DNA from: an uncultured Chloroflexia bacterium
GTDB lineage: Bacteria; Chloroflexota; Dehalococcoidia; DSTF01; JALHUB01
DNA: 64,000 nucleotides
Assembly: GCA_963703345.1 (NCBI GenBank)
Contig: OY969814.1
Location: 1,728,001 to 1,792,000 of the forward strand
Direction of reading: 5' to 3'
The notes below the pieces were generated by a model, which was not told the origin of the DNA, made no database searches, and saw nothing but the letters and a program-made list of their open reading frames with translations. The translations under genes and the position numbers were made by a program. Below, piece by piece: positions 11,343-20,992 of this stretch; the first letter of the stretch is position 1, and every line of letters begins with the position of its first letter.

Positions 11343-12887
11343 ATGTGGCAGCCTAAGAGCGTCAGAGTCATCGTCATCACGGTAGCGGCGTTGGTCGTCG
11401 GTCTCGCCCTGTGCGCGGCGACGTTAGTCATCGCCCTGGGGGTGCGCCCAGCGGCGGCAGGACCGAACGCCAACCCGGGCGCGCCCAACCCGGGCCACCT
11501 ATGGACCGAAATCGAAGGTCACGGCACAGACGCGGCGGGCTGGTGGCTGGGCACGATCGCCAGCAATGCCCTGGAGCTGCGGGTGAACGGCGCCCGCGCC
11601 CTGCGCCTGGAGCCAAATGCCTTCGGCCCCAACGTCATCGGGGGCTACAACGGGAATAGCGTTACTGCGGGCGCCTACGGTGCCGCCATCGGCGGCGGTG
11701 GGACGAGCGGCAATACCAACCGCGTGACCGACGACTACGGCACGGTGGGAGGGGGCGTAAACAACCAGGCAGGCGACAACGGGGGCGGCGTCGGAAACTG
11801 CCCCGGCACCACCGTCGCCGGGGGCCAAAGCAACCAGGCCAGCAACATGTACTCCACCGTCGGCGGGGGCGAGAGCAACGCGGCCAGCGGTGGCTTCGCC
11901 ACCGTCGGCGGGGGCTGGGGCAACCACGCCCAGGGCGGGGACGCCACCGTCGCCGGGGGCCAAAGCAACCAGGCCAGCAACGTGTTCGACACCGTCGGCG
12001 GGGGCGAGACCAACACGGCCAGCGGTGGCTACGCCACCGTCGGCGGGGGCTGGCAGAACTGGGCCAGCGGCAGCGCCTCCACCGTCGGCGGGGGCTACGG
12101 AGACCGGGCCCCAGGCATCCAGGCCACGGTCGGCGGAGGCTACGGCAACAACGCCGGCGGTGCCTACGCCACCGTGCCGGGGGGCCGGAGCAACGCCGCG
12201 TCGGGAGACTACAGCTTCGCGGCGGGGTTCCAAGCGCAAGCCAACACTGCGGGAGATTTCGTCTGGGCGGATTCCACCGGCGCAGTTTTAGCCTCAAATT
12301 ACTCTGACCAGTTCTTGGTGCGCGCTTCGGGCGGCACCACCTTCTACTCCACCGCTGCCGCAGACGTAGGCGTGGCATTGTACTCTGGCGACGGCTCCTG
12401 GTCGTCGTTCAGCAGCCGGGACGTGAAGGACAACTTCACGCCGGTGGACGGCCAGCAGGTGCTGGCCAGCCTGGCCAACGTCCCCATCACCACCTGGAAC
12501 TACAAGGCCCAGGACGCCTCGATCCGCCATATGGGGCCCATGGCCCAGGATCTCTCCGCCGCCTTCGGCCTCGGTGAGGACAACCTCCACATCAACACCC
12601 TGGACGCCGACGGCGTGGCCCTGGCCGGCATCCAGGGGCTCTACCAGCTCTCCCAGGAGCAGGCGAGCCGCATCCAGGCCCTGGAGGACGAGAACGCTTC
12701 CCTCAAGCAAGGGCTTGACAGCCTGGAGACGCGGGTGACGGCGCTGGAAGGGGCAAACGGGACGAGCAACAGCGCATCGGCTGGACTGTTCTCCTCCGGC
12801 CTGAGCATCGGCTGGCTGCCTATCGGTGGACTGCTGGTGGCGGGCCTGGTCCTGGTGCAGCGCCGCCGCGCGGGAGGCAAGCGATGA
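11343..12887 (+). CDS. Paralogous secreted Gly-rich repeat / Peptidase_S74 protein (copy 2)
   Basis: N- and C-termini nearly identical to 9642-11210; 9 regular 15-aa repeats (11808-12212); FSSRDVKDNF...HMGPMAQDL. Confidence 0.85.
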   Translation: MWQPKSVRVIVITVAALVVGLALCAATLVIALGVRPAAAGPNANPGAPNPGHLWTEIEGHGTDAAGWWLGTIASNALELRVNGARALRLEPNAFGPNVIGGYNGNSVTAGAYGAAIGGGGTSGNTNRVTDDYGTVGGGVNNQAGDNGGGVGNCPGTTVAGGQSNQASNMYSTVGGGESNAASGGFATVGGGWGNHAQGGDATVAGGQSNQASNVFDTVGGGETNTASGGYATVGGGWQNWASGSASTVGGGYGDRAPGIQATVGGGYGNNAGGAYATVPGGRSNAASGDYSFAAGFQAQANTAGDFVWADSTGAVLASNYSDQFLVRASGGTTFYSTAAADVGVALYSGDGSWSSFSSRDVKDNFTPVDGQQVLASLANVPITTWNYKAQDASIRHMGPMAQDLSAAFGLGEDNLHINTLDADGVALAGIQGLYQLSQEQASRIQALEDENASLKQGLDSLETRVTALEGANGTSNSASAGLFSSGLSIGWLPIGGLLVAGLVLVQRRRAGGKR

Positions 12888-13549
12888 GACGAGCAGCATT
12901 ATTCGCGGCCCTGCTCCTCGCTGTGCTGGCGGGCGCGCTCCGTGGGTACTGGCCGCTGGGCAGTGGCTCTGTCTCGTCCGCGGGCGGGCTGACATGCAGT
13001 GTGAAGGGGTCATGTAATGGAGCAGGCGAGGTGGCGGTATTCCGGATGTCGGGGCTGGCCAACGCGCATGCGGGAACGGCGACCGTCTCGGGCTACCCTG
13101 ACGTGGTGTGTTGCAGCGGCGTGACGGGCCTGAGCAATAGCTGTAGCGGGAGCTACACCACGGTGCTGAGGCTATCGGCAACGGACAACGCGCACGTGGC
13201 CTCCAGCGAGCCCAGCTACACGACCCAGGCGTGCCTGTCGGCGACCGGCACGACAATTAGCTGCCAGTACGGCTCGAGCTGCGGCAGTGGTTACACTTGC
13301 CTGGCAACTATCTACAGCAGCACCAACGCGCACGTGGCGGACTGCGACGGCAGCAACGACTACGGGACGAAGGTCTGCTGCTCTGCCAGCGCCGTTGTCG
13401 CCGTCGGTGGTGTGGCGGAGCCTCCGGACGTAGCTGGATCGGCGAGCGGCTCCTCGTCCCCACCGTATGCGGCGCTGGCGGGAGCGGCGGCTGGGGTCGT
13501 CATGCTCGCGGCGGGCGGATGGTACGTTAGGAGGCGCCGGCAGATGTAG
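12884..13549 (+). CDS. Secreted Cys-rich protein with three NAH repeats and a C-terminal VGG-linker-TM-RRRR tail
   Basis: Signal peptide, 12 Cys, NAHA/NAHV/NAHV; ATGA overlap with upstream gene. Confidence 0.75.
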   Translation: MRRAALFAALLLAVLAGALRGYWPLGSGSVSSAGGLTCSVKGSCNGAGEVAVFRMSGLANAHAGTATVSGYPDVVCCSGVTGLSNSCSGSYTTVLRLSATDNAHVASSEPSYTTQACLSATGTTISCQYGSSCGSGYTCLATIYSSTNAHVADCDGSNDYGTKVCCSASAVVAVGGVAEPPDVAGSASGSSSPPYAALAGAAAGVVMLAAGGWYVRRRRQM

Positions 13550-13645
13550 GTCAGACCCGTCGCTGGTCTGCGGCGGTTTGGGCTAAGGGGGCGGCAGACG
13601 TATAATTGGCTCTGAAGCATCGAATTCCCCGCTCGGAGCCAATTC

Positions 13646-15574
13646 GTGGGAAAGAGCCTGACGCGGAAGATCATCGAGGAGCACCTCGTCGAGGGCGAGG
13701 CCGTCGCCGGCGGCGAGGTCGCGCTGCGCATCGACCAGACGCTGACGCAGGACGCGACGGGGACGATGGCCTACCTGCAGTTCGAGGCGATGGGCATCCC
13801 ACGCGTCCGCACGAAGCTGTCGGTCAGCTACGTCGACCACAACATGCTGCAGACGGGCTTCGAGAACTCGGACGATCACCGCTTCCTCCAGAGCTTCGCC
13901 GCCAAGCACGGGATCTATTTCTCGCGACCCGGAAACGGCATCTGCCACCAGGTGCACCTGGAGCGCTTCAGCGCGCCGGGCGAGACGCTGCTGGGCTCCG
14001 ACAGCCATACGCCGATGTGCGGCGGCGCGGGCATGCTGGCGATGGGCGCCGGCGGGCTGGACGTGGCGATGGCGATGGCCGGCGAGCCGTTCCGGCTGAT
14101 GATGCCGCGGGTGGTGCGAGTTGACCTGAAGGGCAGGCTGCCACCGTGGGTCCTGGCGAAGGATGTCATTCTGGAGATGCTGCGCCGTCTGAGCGTGAAG
14201 GGCGGCGTCGGCAAGGTCTTTGAGTACGCCGGCGAAGGTGCCGCCGCCCTCAGCGTACCCGGACGCGCGATCATCACGAACATGGGCGCCGAGCTGGGCG
14301 CTACAAGCTCTATCTTCCCAAGCGACGAACACACCCGCGAGTACCTGCGGGCGCAGAAGCGCGAGGATGCCTGGAAGCCGCTGTCGCCTGACGCGGACGC
14401 GCAGTACGACGAGGTGATGGAGCTGGACCTGTCGGCGCTGGAGCCGCTGATCGCCGTGCCTTCGAGCCCGGACGCCGTCGTGCCGGTGCGCGAGGTCGCG
14501 GGAATGGAGGTCGGTCAGGTCGTTATCGGAAGTTGCACCAACTCGTCGTACCTGGACCTGATGGCCGTCGCGGCGATCGTGAAGGGCAAGATGGTATCGC
14601 CGGCGGTCAACGCGTCGGTCAATCCGGGGACGCGGCAGGTGATGCTGATGCTGGCGGAGAACGGGGCCCTGGCGGACCTGATCGCGGCGGGCTTTCGGGT
14701 GCTGGAGTCGTCGTGCGGGCCGTGCATCGGGATGGGGCAGTCGCCGGCGACGGGCAGCGTGTCGCTGCGGACGTTCAATCGCAACTTCCCCGGTCGCAGC
14801 GGGACAATGGGCGACCGCGTGTATCTGTGCAGCCCGCTAGTCGCGGCGGCGTCGGCTATCAGCGGCGTCCTAACCGATCCGCGCGCCCTGGGCGAAGCGC
14901 CGCACGTCGTCGTGCCCGCAGAATTCAAGGTGGACGACCGCATGATTATCGCGCCGTCGAAGGAAGGCGAGCGCGTCGAGATCGTGCGCGGGCCGAACAT
15001 CAAGCCTCTCCCGCGCGGCGAGCCGTTGCCGGAGACGCTGCGGGCAAGCGTCGTCCTCAAGGTCGCGGACGATATCACGACGGACCACATCATGCCGGCG
15101 GGGTCGAAGCTGCTGCCGTTGCGGTCCAACATTCCGGCGATGGCGGAGCACGTCTTCGAGCAGGTCGACGCGGATTTCGCGCGTCGGGCGAAGGACGCGG
15201 GCAGCTCGGTTGTCGTCGGGGGCAGCAACTACGGACAGGGGTCGAGCCGCGAGCACGCCGCGCTGGCGCCGATGTACCTGGGGCTGCGCGCTGTGCTGGC
15301 GAAGTCGTTCGCGCGAATCCACCGCGCCAACCTGGTGAACGTGGGGATCCTGCCGCTCGTGTTCGTCGATGAGGGCGACTACGACCGCATCGAGCAGGGC
15401 GATGAGCTGGAGATACCGCACGCGCGCGCCGCCGTCGAGCGGGGCGAGACCGTACGGGTGCGCAATCGCACGCGGGGATACGAGTTCGAGGCGCGGCACG
15501 GGTTGTCGGCGCACCAGGCGCGGGTGCTGCTGGCGGGCGGCCGTTTGAGCTATGTGAAGTCGTTGCAGGGATAG
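13646..15574 (+). CDS. Aconitate hydratase (short ~640-aa type)
   Basis: DQTLTQDATG, GICHQVH, GSDSHT, IGSCTN, CGPCIGMG, NRNF, TTDHI, NYGQGSSREHAA. Confidence 0.9.
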   Translation: MGKSLTRKIIEEHLVEGEAVAGGEVALRIDQTLTQDATGTMAYLQFEAMGIPRVRTKLSVSYVDHNMLQTGFENSDDHRFLQSFAAKHGIYFSRPGNGICHQVHLERFSAPGETLLGSDSHTPMCGGAGMLAMGAGGLDVAMAMAGEPFRLMMPRVVRVDLKGRLPPWVLAKDVILEMLRRLSVKGGVGKVFEYAGEGAAALSVPGRAIITNMGAELGATSSIFPSDEHTREYLRAQKREDAWKPLSPDADAQYDEVMELDLSALEPLIAVPSSPDAVVPVREVAGMEVGQVVIGSCTNSSYLDLMAVAAIVKGKMVSPAVNASVNPGTRQVMLMLAENGALADLIAAGFRVLESSCGPCIGMGQSPATGSVSLRTFNRNFPGRSGTMGDRVYLCSPLVAAASAISGVLTDPRALGEAPHVVVPAEFKVDDRMIIAPSKEGERVEIVRGPNIKPLPRGEPLPETLRASVVLKVADDITTDHIMPAGSKLLPLRSNIPAMAEHVFEQVDADFARRAKDAGSSVVVGGSNYGQGSSREHAALAPMYLGLRAVLAKSFARIHRANLVNVGILPLVFVDEGDYDRIEQGDELEIPHARAAVERGETVRVRNRTRGYEFEARHGLSAHQARVLLAGGRLSYVKSLQG

Positions 15575-15633
15575 GGAAGACACCACGGGCGAGACGCCCG
15601 CTCTATGCGGATTCGATTTCTTCGTCTCATTAA

Positions 15634-16581
<948 letters not shown>

Positions 16582-16629
16582 CGGGTCCGCGCGACTGTGG
16601 ATTCGCCTGCGTTTGAGAAAGGTCTTCCT

Positions 16630-17475
16630 ATGAGAGAGGTGCACGTCGACAAGATAAGCGACAAGGTGGCGGAGCTCTTCGTCGATGCGGCGCACAACCT
16701 GCCGGAGGACGTGGTCGCGGCATTGGAGCGCGCCCGCGACAGCGAGGAGTCGCCGCTCGGACGGCAGGTGCTGGAGGAGATACTGGAGAACGCGAAGCTG
16801 GCCGCTGCGGAGATGATCCCGCTCTGTCAGGACACCGGCACGTCGGTCGTTTTCGTGGAAATCGGGCAGGAAGTGCACATCGCCGGCGGGGCGCTGGAGA
16901 AGGCGGTGAACCGCGGCGTCGCGAAGGCGTACACGGAAGGCTACCTGCGGAAGTCGATGGTGACGCAGCCGTTCTCCGTCCGCAAGAACAGCGGCGACAA
17001 CACACCCGCCGTCATACACGTCAACCTCGTGCCCGGCGATGCGTTCAAGCTCACGGTCATGCCGAAGGGCGGCGGCTGCGAGAACATGAGCCGCATGACC
17101 ATCCTTCTGCCCGGACAGGGGCGCGAGGGCATCGTGAACTTCGTGCTGCGGGCGGTGGAAGAGGCGAGCGGCAACCCATGTCCGCCGCTGGTCGTCGGCG
17201 TGGGCATCGGCGGGACGGCGGAGCACTGCATGCTGCTGGCGAAGAAGGCGATAACACGCCGCGTCGGCAGGCCGAACGGCGACGCAGAGACGGCGGACCT
17301 GGAGCGCGAGCTGCTGGAGAAGGTGAACGCGCTCGGGCTGGGCCCGCAGGCGGTCGGCGGCGTCAACACCGCGCTCGCCGTGCATGTCGAGAGCTTCCCG
17401 ACGCACATCACCGCGCTGCCGGTCGCCGTCAACATGCAATGTCACAGCGCTCGCGTGAAGGAAGCGGAGCTTTAG
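16630..17475 (+). CDS. Fe-S fumarate hydratase (class I, split), alpha subunit
   Basis: PLCQDTG, GDNTPAV, PKGGGCEN, NPCPP, QCHS. Confidence 0.9.
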   Translation: MREVHVDKISDKVAELFVDAAHNLPEDVVAALERARDSEESPLGRQVLEEILENAKLAAAEMIPLCQDTGTSVVFVEIGQEVHIAGGALEKAVNRGVAKAYTEGYLRKSMVTQPFSVRKNSGDNTPAVIHVNLVPGDAFKLTVMPKGGGCENMSRMTILLPGQGREGIVNFVLRAVEEASGNPCPPLVVGVGIGGTAEHCMLLAKKAITRRVGRPNGDAETADLERELLEKVNALGLGPQAVGGVNTALAVHVESFPTHITALPVAVNMQCHSARVKEAEL

Positions 17476-17486
17476 GGAGGAACAAC

Positions 17487-18101
17487 GTGAGCATTCCGAT
17501 ACGTCTGCCGCTTACCGACGAGGCGATCGCCGGACTGAAGGCCGGCGACCACGTGCGCTTGACCGGCGTTATCTACACCGCGCGCGACGCCGCCCACAAG
17601 CGGATCATCGAGGCGCTGGACAGGGGCGACGCGCTTCCCTTCGACATCCGCGGGCAGGTGATCTACTACGTCGGGCCGACGCCGCCGCGTCCCGGGCGCG
17701 TTATCGGCGCTGCGGGGCCGACGACGTCGATGCGCTTGAACCCGTACACCCCGCGGCTCCTCGAAGGCGGGCTCAGGGGCGCCATCGGCAAGGGCGGCCG
17801 CGACCGCACGGTGCGGGAGGCGTTCAAGAAGAACCGGGCTGTCTACTTCCTGGCGGTCGGCGGGACCGGGGCGCTGCTGTCGAAGCGGATCAAGAGCGCG
17901 GAGGTGGTGGCGTACGAAGACCTGGGCACCGAGGCGGTCCGGCGCCTGGAGGTGGAGGACTTCCCGGCCATCGTCGTCAACGACATCGAGGGGAACGACC
18001 TGCTGGAGCAGGGGAAGGCGCGCTACCGTCGTCGCGAGCGGCTGGGGAGCTACGCGCCGGTGGGCGAGAACGCGGAGGGGTCGAACGGCGGCGGCGCGTA
18101 A
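17487..18101 (+). CDS. Fe-S fumarate hydratase, beta subunit
   Basis: GGAGG RBS + GTG 17487; YTARDAAHKR, GPTTSMR, IGKG, DLGTEA. Confidence 0.9.
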   Translation: MSIPIRLPLTDEAIAGLKAGDHVRLTGVIYTARDAAHKRIIEALDRGDALPFDIRGQVIYYVGPTPPRPGRVIGAAGPTTSMRLNPYTPRLLEGGLRGAIGKGGRDRTVREAFKKNRAVYFLAVGGTGALLSKRIKSAEVVAYEDLGTEAVRRLEVEDFPAIVVNDIEGNDLLEQGKARYRRRERLGSYAPVGENAEGSNGGGA

Positions 18102-18115
18102 GCCAGCTTAGTAGC

Positions 18116-18403
18116 CTAAGTGGCTTGGCAGGGGAGATTTGCCGCCCGTTCAGGAGGCGCGAGGGTTGCCCGGCGCGGTGTCTTAAGGCGGATCACGTCC
18201 TCCCAGGAGTCGGAGCCGCTGGTCGGCTTTCTGCGTTGATAAATCTCAACATCGAAGGATTGAGCCAGCGACGCTGCAACGCAAATGGCCCTTTCTCTCG
18301 TCTCGACAAAGGGAAGCGCTTCGATATCGGACAAGGCTATCTCTCCATCCTGCATGAGGAGGAGTGCAGCCAATCTTGTGCTGATGGTCTCCAGGTCTTC
18401 CAT
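18116..18403 (-). CDS. Small hypothetical protein
   Basis: 95-aa ORF with GGAGG RBS directly downstream of the protease gene; lower GC by eye. Confidence 0.6.
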   Translation of the reverse strand: MEDLETISTRLAALLLMQDGEIALSDIEALPFVETRERAICVAASLAQSFDVEIYQRRKPTSGSDSWEDVIRLKTPRRATLAPPERAANLPCQAT

Positions 18404-18417
18404 GTGTCAGCGTCCTC

Positions 18418-19347
18418 CTAGCCAATCTGAGACGTTTGCTCAGGCTGCCTGAGGAGCGGGGGCAGCTTCTGCAGTAGTTCAGGTGGCAACTCTTTGATTC
18501 TCTTACTTATCTCTTTCTTCTTTTTGGCCTGCTCCAACTCTCTCTTCTTCAGAGTCAGGCGGTGAATCTTCCAGACGACCTCCAACTGATCACCCTCAAG
18601 CGGCTTGGCCTCTAAACCGATTGCCTGTGCTTCTTCCATATTAATGCAATAGCTGTGATCAGGGTAACCCTCGGTTAGCTGCTCAGCCACCTGCTTGGGG
18701 TCTCGGGAGGAGTGTTTGAGCATACGCGTGGAGAGGAGCTTCTCTAGATACTGTTTCCCCAGGTCGAGCGTCTTCTTGAAGCTGCCCAGCGTCAGGGGGA
18801 ACTGCAACCGTTGCATTAGGCCGTCCGCCAACTGCTTGTTGCCCTTTCGGTACTCTTCCCTTATCAAGGCCAGTGTGGATTCGATGTGCAGCGGCGAAAA
18901 GCTTTCGAGACGCTTCTCTAGGGCGTTCATCTGTGTTATTTGCGGATCTACGGGGCCCAGTTCGGCCACTGGAGTCATGAGGATGCAGTCGCCAGCGCAC
19001 ACGAGCAACGTCGCTGCGCTCTTTGCCCACCTGGGAACGATGAAGGTCAGCGATTGATCGCCGAACCGTCGGAAGAGCTGAGCCAAATTGTAAGCAGCGT
19101 CTATGTCTCCTCCTCCCGAGTCCACGAGCACGTTAAGATGATGGCAGTCGGCTGGATACCTGCTCTTAAGGTCATCATATACATCGTCCACAAGGCCCGA
19201 TCCAATCTCCGCGTTTGCCAGGAGGAGCGGGTAGCACGCCGCCGAGCGCAGCTCGCGCAACCGCTCAACCTCTCGTTCGATTTCTCGCTCGATTTGGCCG
19301 ACTGACGAACTGCTCTTTGCCGCATTCGCGTTTGGCATTGCGACCAC
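18418..19347 (-). CDS. SDH_sah / ClpP-class serine protease
   Basis: LVDSGGGDIDAA, VPRWAKSAATLL, ELGPVDPQ, YPDHSY; lower GC than flanks. Confidence 0.8.
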   Translation of the reverse strand: MVAMPNANAAKSSSSVGQIEREIEREVERLRELRSAACYPLLLANAEIGSGLVDDVYDDLKSRYPADCHHLNVLVDSGGGDIDAAYNLAQLFRRFGDQSLTFIVPRWAKSAATLLVCAGDCILMTPVAELGPVDPQITQMNALEKRLESFSPLHIESTLALIREEYRKGNKQLADGLMQRLQFPLTLGSFKKTLDLGKQYLEKLLSTRMLKHSSRDPKQVAEQLTEGYPDHSYCINMEEAQAIGLEAKPLEGDQLEVVWKIHRLTLKKRELEQAKKKKEISKRIKELPPELLQKLPPLLRQPEQTSQIG

Positions 19348-19432
19348 CTCCTAGGAAACGTCGACAGCCAGTATAGCGCTCAGGCGACCGCTTGCCAACA
19401 ATAGAACTGCACGTTTTGACCTAAGTGCGATG

Positions 19433-19861
19433 TCAGTCGATGAAGGACGCGAGGGCGATGATGCCGAACGCGAACGCGGCGAGCCCTACCAGCGACAGGC
19501 CAGCGGTGACGACTTTCTCGCCGACGCCGCGCAGTCCGTAGTCCATGGCGACGTTGCGCACGCCGTTCAGGCCGTGATAGAGGGCGAAGGACAGCAGCAG
19601 CAGGTCGATTACCCAGTAAGCCGGCGTTTCGAAGCGCTCGGCGACGTTGGAGAAGACGACGAGGCCGGGCAGGGCGCCGCTCTCGACCTTGGAGATGTTC
19701 ACGAGGTGGTTGATGACGATGTGCGTCGGCAGGAGAACGACGAGGCCGATGGCGGTCACGCGCTGCAGCAGCCACGCCCAGAAGCCGGAGCCGACGGCCT
19801 GCCAGGGGCCTTCAGCCATAGGCACCGTCGCCTCGTTCTGAGTCTCCGTCGCTTCCGTCAC
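19433..19861 (-). CDS. sdhD: Succinate dehydrogenase hydrophobic anchor subunit
   Basis: WLLQRVTA, HGLNGVRNVAMDY; GTG start at 19861 after GGGGAG. Confidence 0.85.
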   Translation of the reverse strand: MTEATETQNEATVPMAEGPWQAVGSGFWAWLLQRVTAIGLVVLLPTHIVINHLVNISKVESGALPGLVVFSNVAERFETPAYWVIDLLLLSFALYHGLNGVRNVAMDYGLRGVGEKVVTAGLSLVGLAAFAFGIIALASFID

Positions 19862-19878
19862 GATTCTCCCCACGTCCC

Positions 19879-20250
19879 CTAGAGAAGATTTCGCACGGCA
19901 ATAACCGTGCCGATGAATACGCTCACCGCCAGCGCGAACGACAGCCAGAAGAGCGCCTTCTGGAACCGCAGACCGACCGCGAAGTCGAGCAGGATGAGCC
20001 GCAGGCCGTTCAGGCCGTGGAACGCCACAACGCCGACAAGGCCGGCGTCGAGCACGAGGAAGGGCGTCTTCTCGAAGTTCGAGAGCAGCTTGTCGAAGGA
20101 GCCCTCGCCGCGCACCGCCGTGCCGATAACGATGAGGTGGGTGACCAGGTAGAGCGTCAGGAACAGGCCGGAAAGGCGCTGGAGGGCCCACGCCGCAGTG
20201 CCCGTGCGCATGGCCCTGGCCTGAAACTGCGCGTCTGCCGGCTTGTACAT
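19879..20250 (-). CDS. sdhC: Succinate dehydrogenase cytochrome b subunit
   Basis: WALQRLSG, HGLNGLRLILLD; three TM helices. Confidence 0.85.
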   Translation of the reverse strand: MYKPADAQFQARAMRTGTAAWALQRLSGLFLTLYLVTHLIVIGTAVRGEGSFDKLLSNFEKTPFLVLDAGLVGVVAFHGLNGLRLILLDFAVGLRFQKALFWLSFALAVSVFIGTVIAVRNLL

Positions 20251-20269
20251 CTGTCCTTCCTTCGAGCCC

Positions 20270-20992
20270 CTAGCGGAGCAAGTGCAGGCGCTTCAAGAGC
20301 GCCAGCTTCTTGAGGTTCTGGATAGCTTCCGTTGGGTTAACGCCCTTGGGACACCACTCGGTGCAACTGAAGATGGTGTGGCAGCGCCAGAGAGCGTGCT
20401 CGTCGGCGAGGCGCGACAGGCGCTGCGCTCGGGCGTCGTCACGCGGGTCGTGGCAGAAGCGATAGGCCTTGGCCAGCGCCGCCGGACCGAGATAGCGGTC
20501 GTCGATGGCGACGATTGGGCAGGCGGAGTAGCAGACGCCGCACTGAATGCAGGCGGCGAACTGCGACAGCTTCGTTGAGCGCGCCGCTTCGACGAGGTAC
20601 TCGCGGGCGGGCGCGCGCTTCGCCGGGTCGGTTGCGAGCCAGGGCGTGATGGCGCGGATCTTCTCGTAGAAGGGGCCCATGTCGGCGACGAGGTCCTTCA
20701 GCGTCGGAAGGCTGGCCAGCGGCTCGAGCGTGACCGGCCGGCCATGCGAGACGTCGACTATCTTCGTCTTGCAGGCGAGGCGCGACTCGCCGTTGACGCG
20801 CATCGCGCAGGAGCCGCAGATGGCGCTGCGGCAGGCGCAGCGGAACGCGAGCGAGCCGTCGAGCTGCTCCCGCGTCGCCAGCAGCGTGTCGAGCACGGTG
20901 GCCGACTGTGGCATGTCGATGGTAAAGAGCTCGTACTCGGCCTTGCCGTCGGAAGTCGGGTCGTAGCGGCGTACGCGGATCTTCGCTTCCAC
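20270..20992 (-). CDS. sdhB: Succinate dehydrogenase iron-sulfur subunit
   Basis: CRSAICGSC, CIQCGVCYSAC, CHTIFSCTEWCP; GTG start overlaps sdhA stop. Confidence 0.93.
   Translation of the reverse strand: MEAKIRVRRYDPTSDGKAEYELFTIDMPQSATVLDTLLATREQLDGSLAFRCACRSAICGSCAMRVNGESRLACKTKIVDVSHGRPVTLEPLASLPTLKDLVADMGPFYEKIRAITPWLATDPAKRAPAREYLVEAARSTKLSQFAACIQCGVCYSACPIVAIDDRYLGPAALAKAYRFCHDPRDDARAQRLSRLADEHALWRCHTIFSCTEWCPKGVNPTEAIQNLKKLALLKRLHLLR

Larger units (their letters stand above)
9563..12942 (+). repeat. ~1.7-kb tandem duplication (units ~9563-11265 and ~11266-12942)
   Basis: Upstream region (ccgcttccgttcgccgta...aaaggaggtatcaccATG), gene ends and the first ~18 codons of the downstream gene are present twice. 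Confidence 0.85.

Noticed and set aside
10038-12212. Diversity-generating retroelement TR/VR pair or CRISPR-like repeats
   Set aside because: Repeats are in-frame coding units, differences are not adenine-specific, and no reverse transcriptase is in the window
9642-12887. Prophage tail-fibre genes
   Set aside because: Signal peptides and TM anchors are present; no integrase, capsid, large terminase or tail genes nearby
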